64,000 bases of DNA from Octopus bimaculoides (Eukaryota), in NCBI RefSeq assembly GCF_001194135.2, contig NC_068985.1, forward strand, positions 108,199,979-108,263,978. Direction: 5' to 3'. How positions within the stretch are numbered: the stretch's first letter is position 1; each line of letters opens with the position of its first letter. Under the pieces are notes generated by a model. It saw only the letters and a program-made list of their open reading frames with translations, had not been told where the DNA came from and did no database searches. The translations under genes and the position numbers were made by a program. Of the stretch, positions 63,472 to 64,000 are shown in pieces.

Positions 63472-63812
63472 CGCTTACGACGTCGAGGGTTCCAGTTGAT
63501 CCGATCAACGGAACAGCCTGCTCGTGAAATTAACGTGCAAGTGGCTGAGCACTCCACAGACACGTGTACCCTTAACGTAGTTCTCGGGGATATTCAGCGT
63601 GGCATAGTGTGACAAGGCTGACCCTTTGCATTACAGGCACAATAGAAACAGGAAGTAAGAGAAAGTTGTGGTGAAAGAGTACAGCAGGGTTCGCCATCAT
63701 CCCCTGCCAGAGCTTCGTGGAGCTTTTAGGTGTTTTCGCTCAATAAACACTCACAACGCCCGGCCTGGGAATCGAAACCGCGATCCTATGACCGCGAGTC
63801 CGCTGCCCTAAC
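63472..63812 (-). mobile_element. OR-type tRNA-derived SINE, full length
   Basis: tRNA-like head (A/B boxes: gttagggcagcggactcg...ggtttcgattccc) plus shared body. Confidence 0.88.
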
Positions 63813-64000
63813 AACTAGACCATTGCGTCTCCACACATCTTGGATTACGAATTATATAAATAGATTTTTGGGCGTTATTTTTGTATGTAATTTGTAATGC
63901 ATATCCCTTTTACTCTGCACATCATTCTGCTGTTTTCAGCAAAGTTGAATATTTGTTATAAATATTTAACTTTAGAAATTCTTATAGATTTTTTTTTTTA

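Overview
AT-rich, microsatellite- and SINE-dense eukaryotic DNA with scaffold gaps. The tRNA-derived SINE families look like octopus OK/OR-type SINEs, so the source is inferred to be an octopod cephalopod. The window holds two tandem minus-strand inter-alpha-trypsin inhibitor heavy chain (ITIH)-like genes, which I rebuilt by hand from splice sites. Gene 1 (58915->12780, about 1031 aa if every exon is used) reads: signal peptide; a four-exon VIT cassette present TWICE and in frame; vWA domain; six symmetric phase-1 micro-exons of 15-18 nt spread over about 17 kb; ITI C-terminal domain. The two VIT cassettes are both intact and differ mostly at non-synonymous positions. Some micro-exons arose by local tandem duplication. 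The canonical ITIH Asp-Pro (DPHF) autocleavage motif is not found, and the last MIDAS Asp is Asn. Gene 2 starts at 5266 and runs off the left end. The introns contain an R4/Dong-like LINE stack in TAA repeats, mariner/Tc1 relics, a Gypsy relic, a solo LTR, Penelope, CR1 and Helitron fragments, and many SINEs. A nested MITE with inverted telomeric repeats lies between the two genes. All gene models and splicing inferences are sequence-only and need transcript data.
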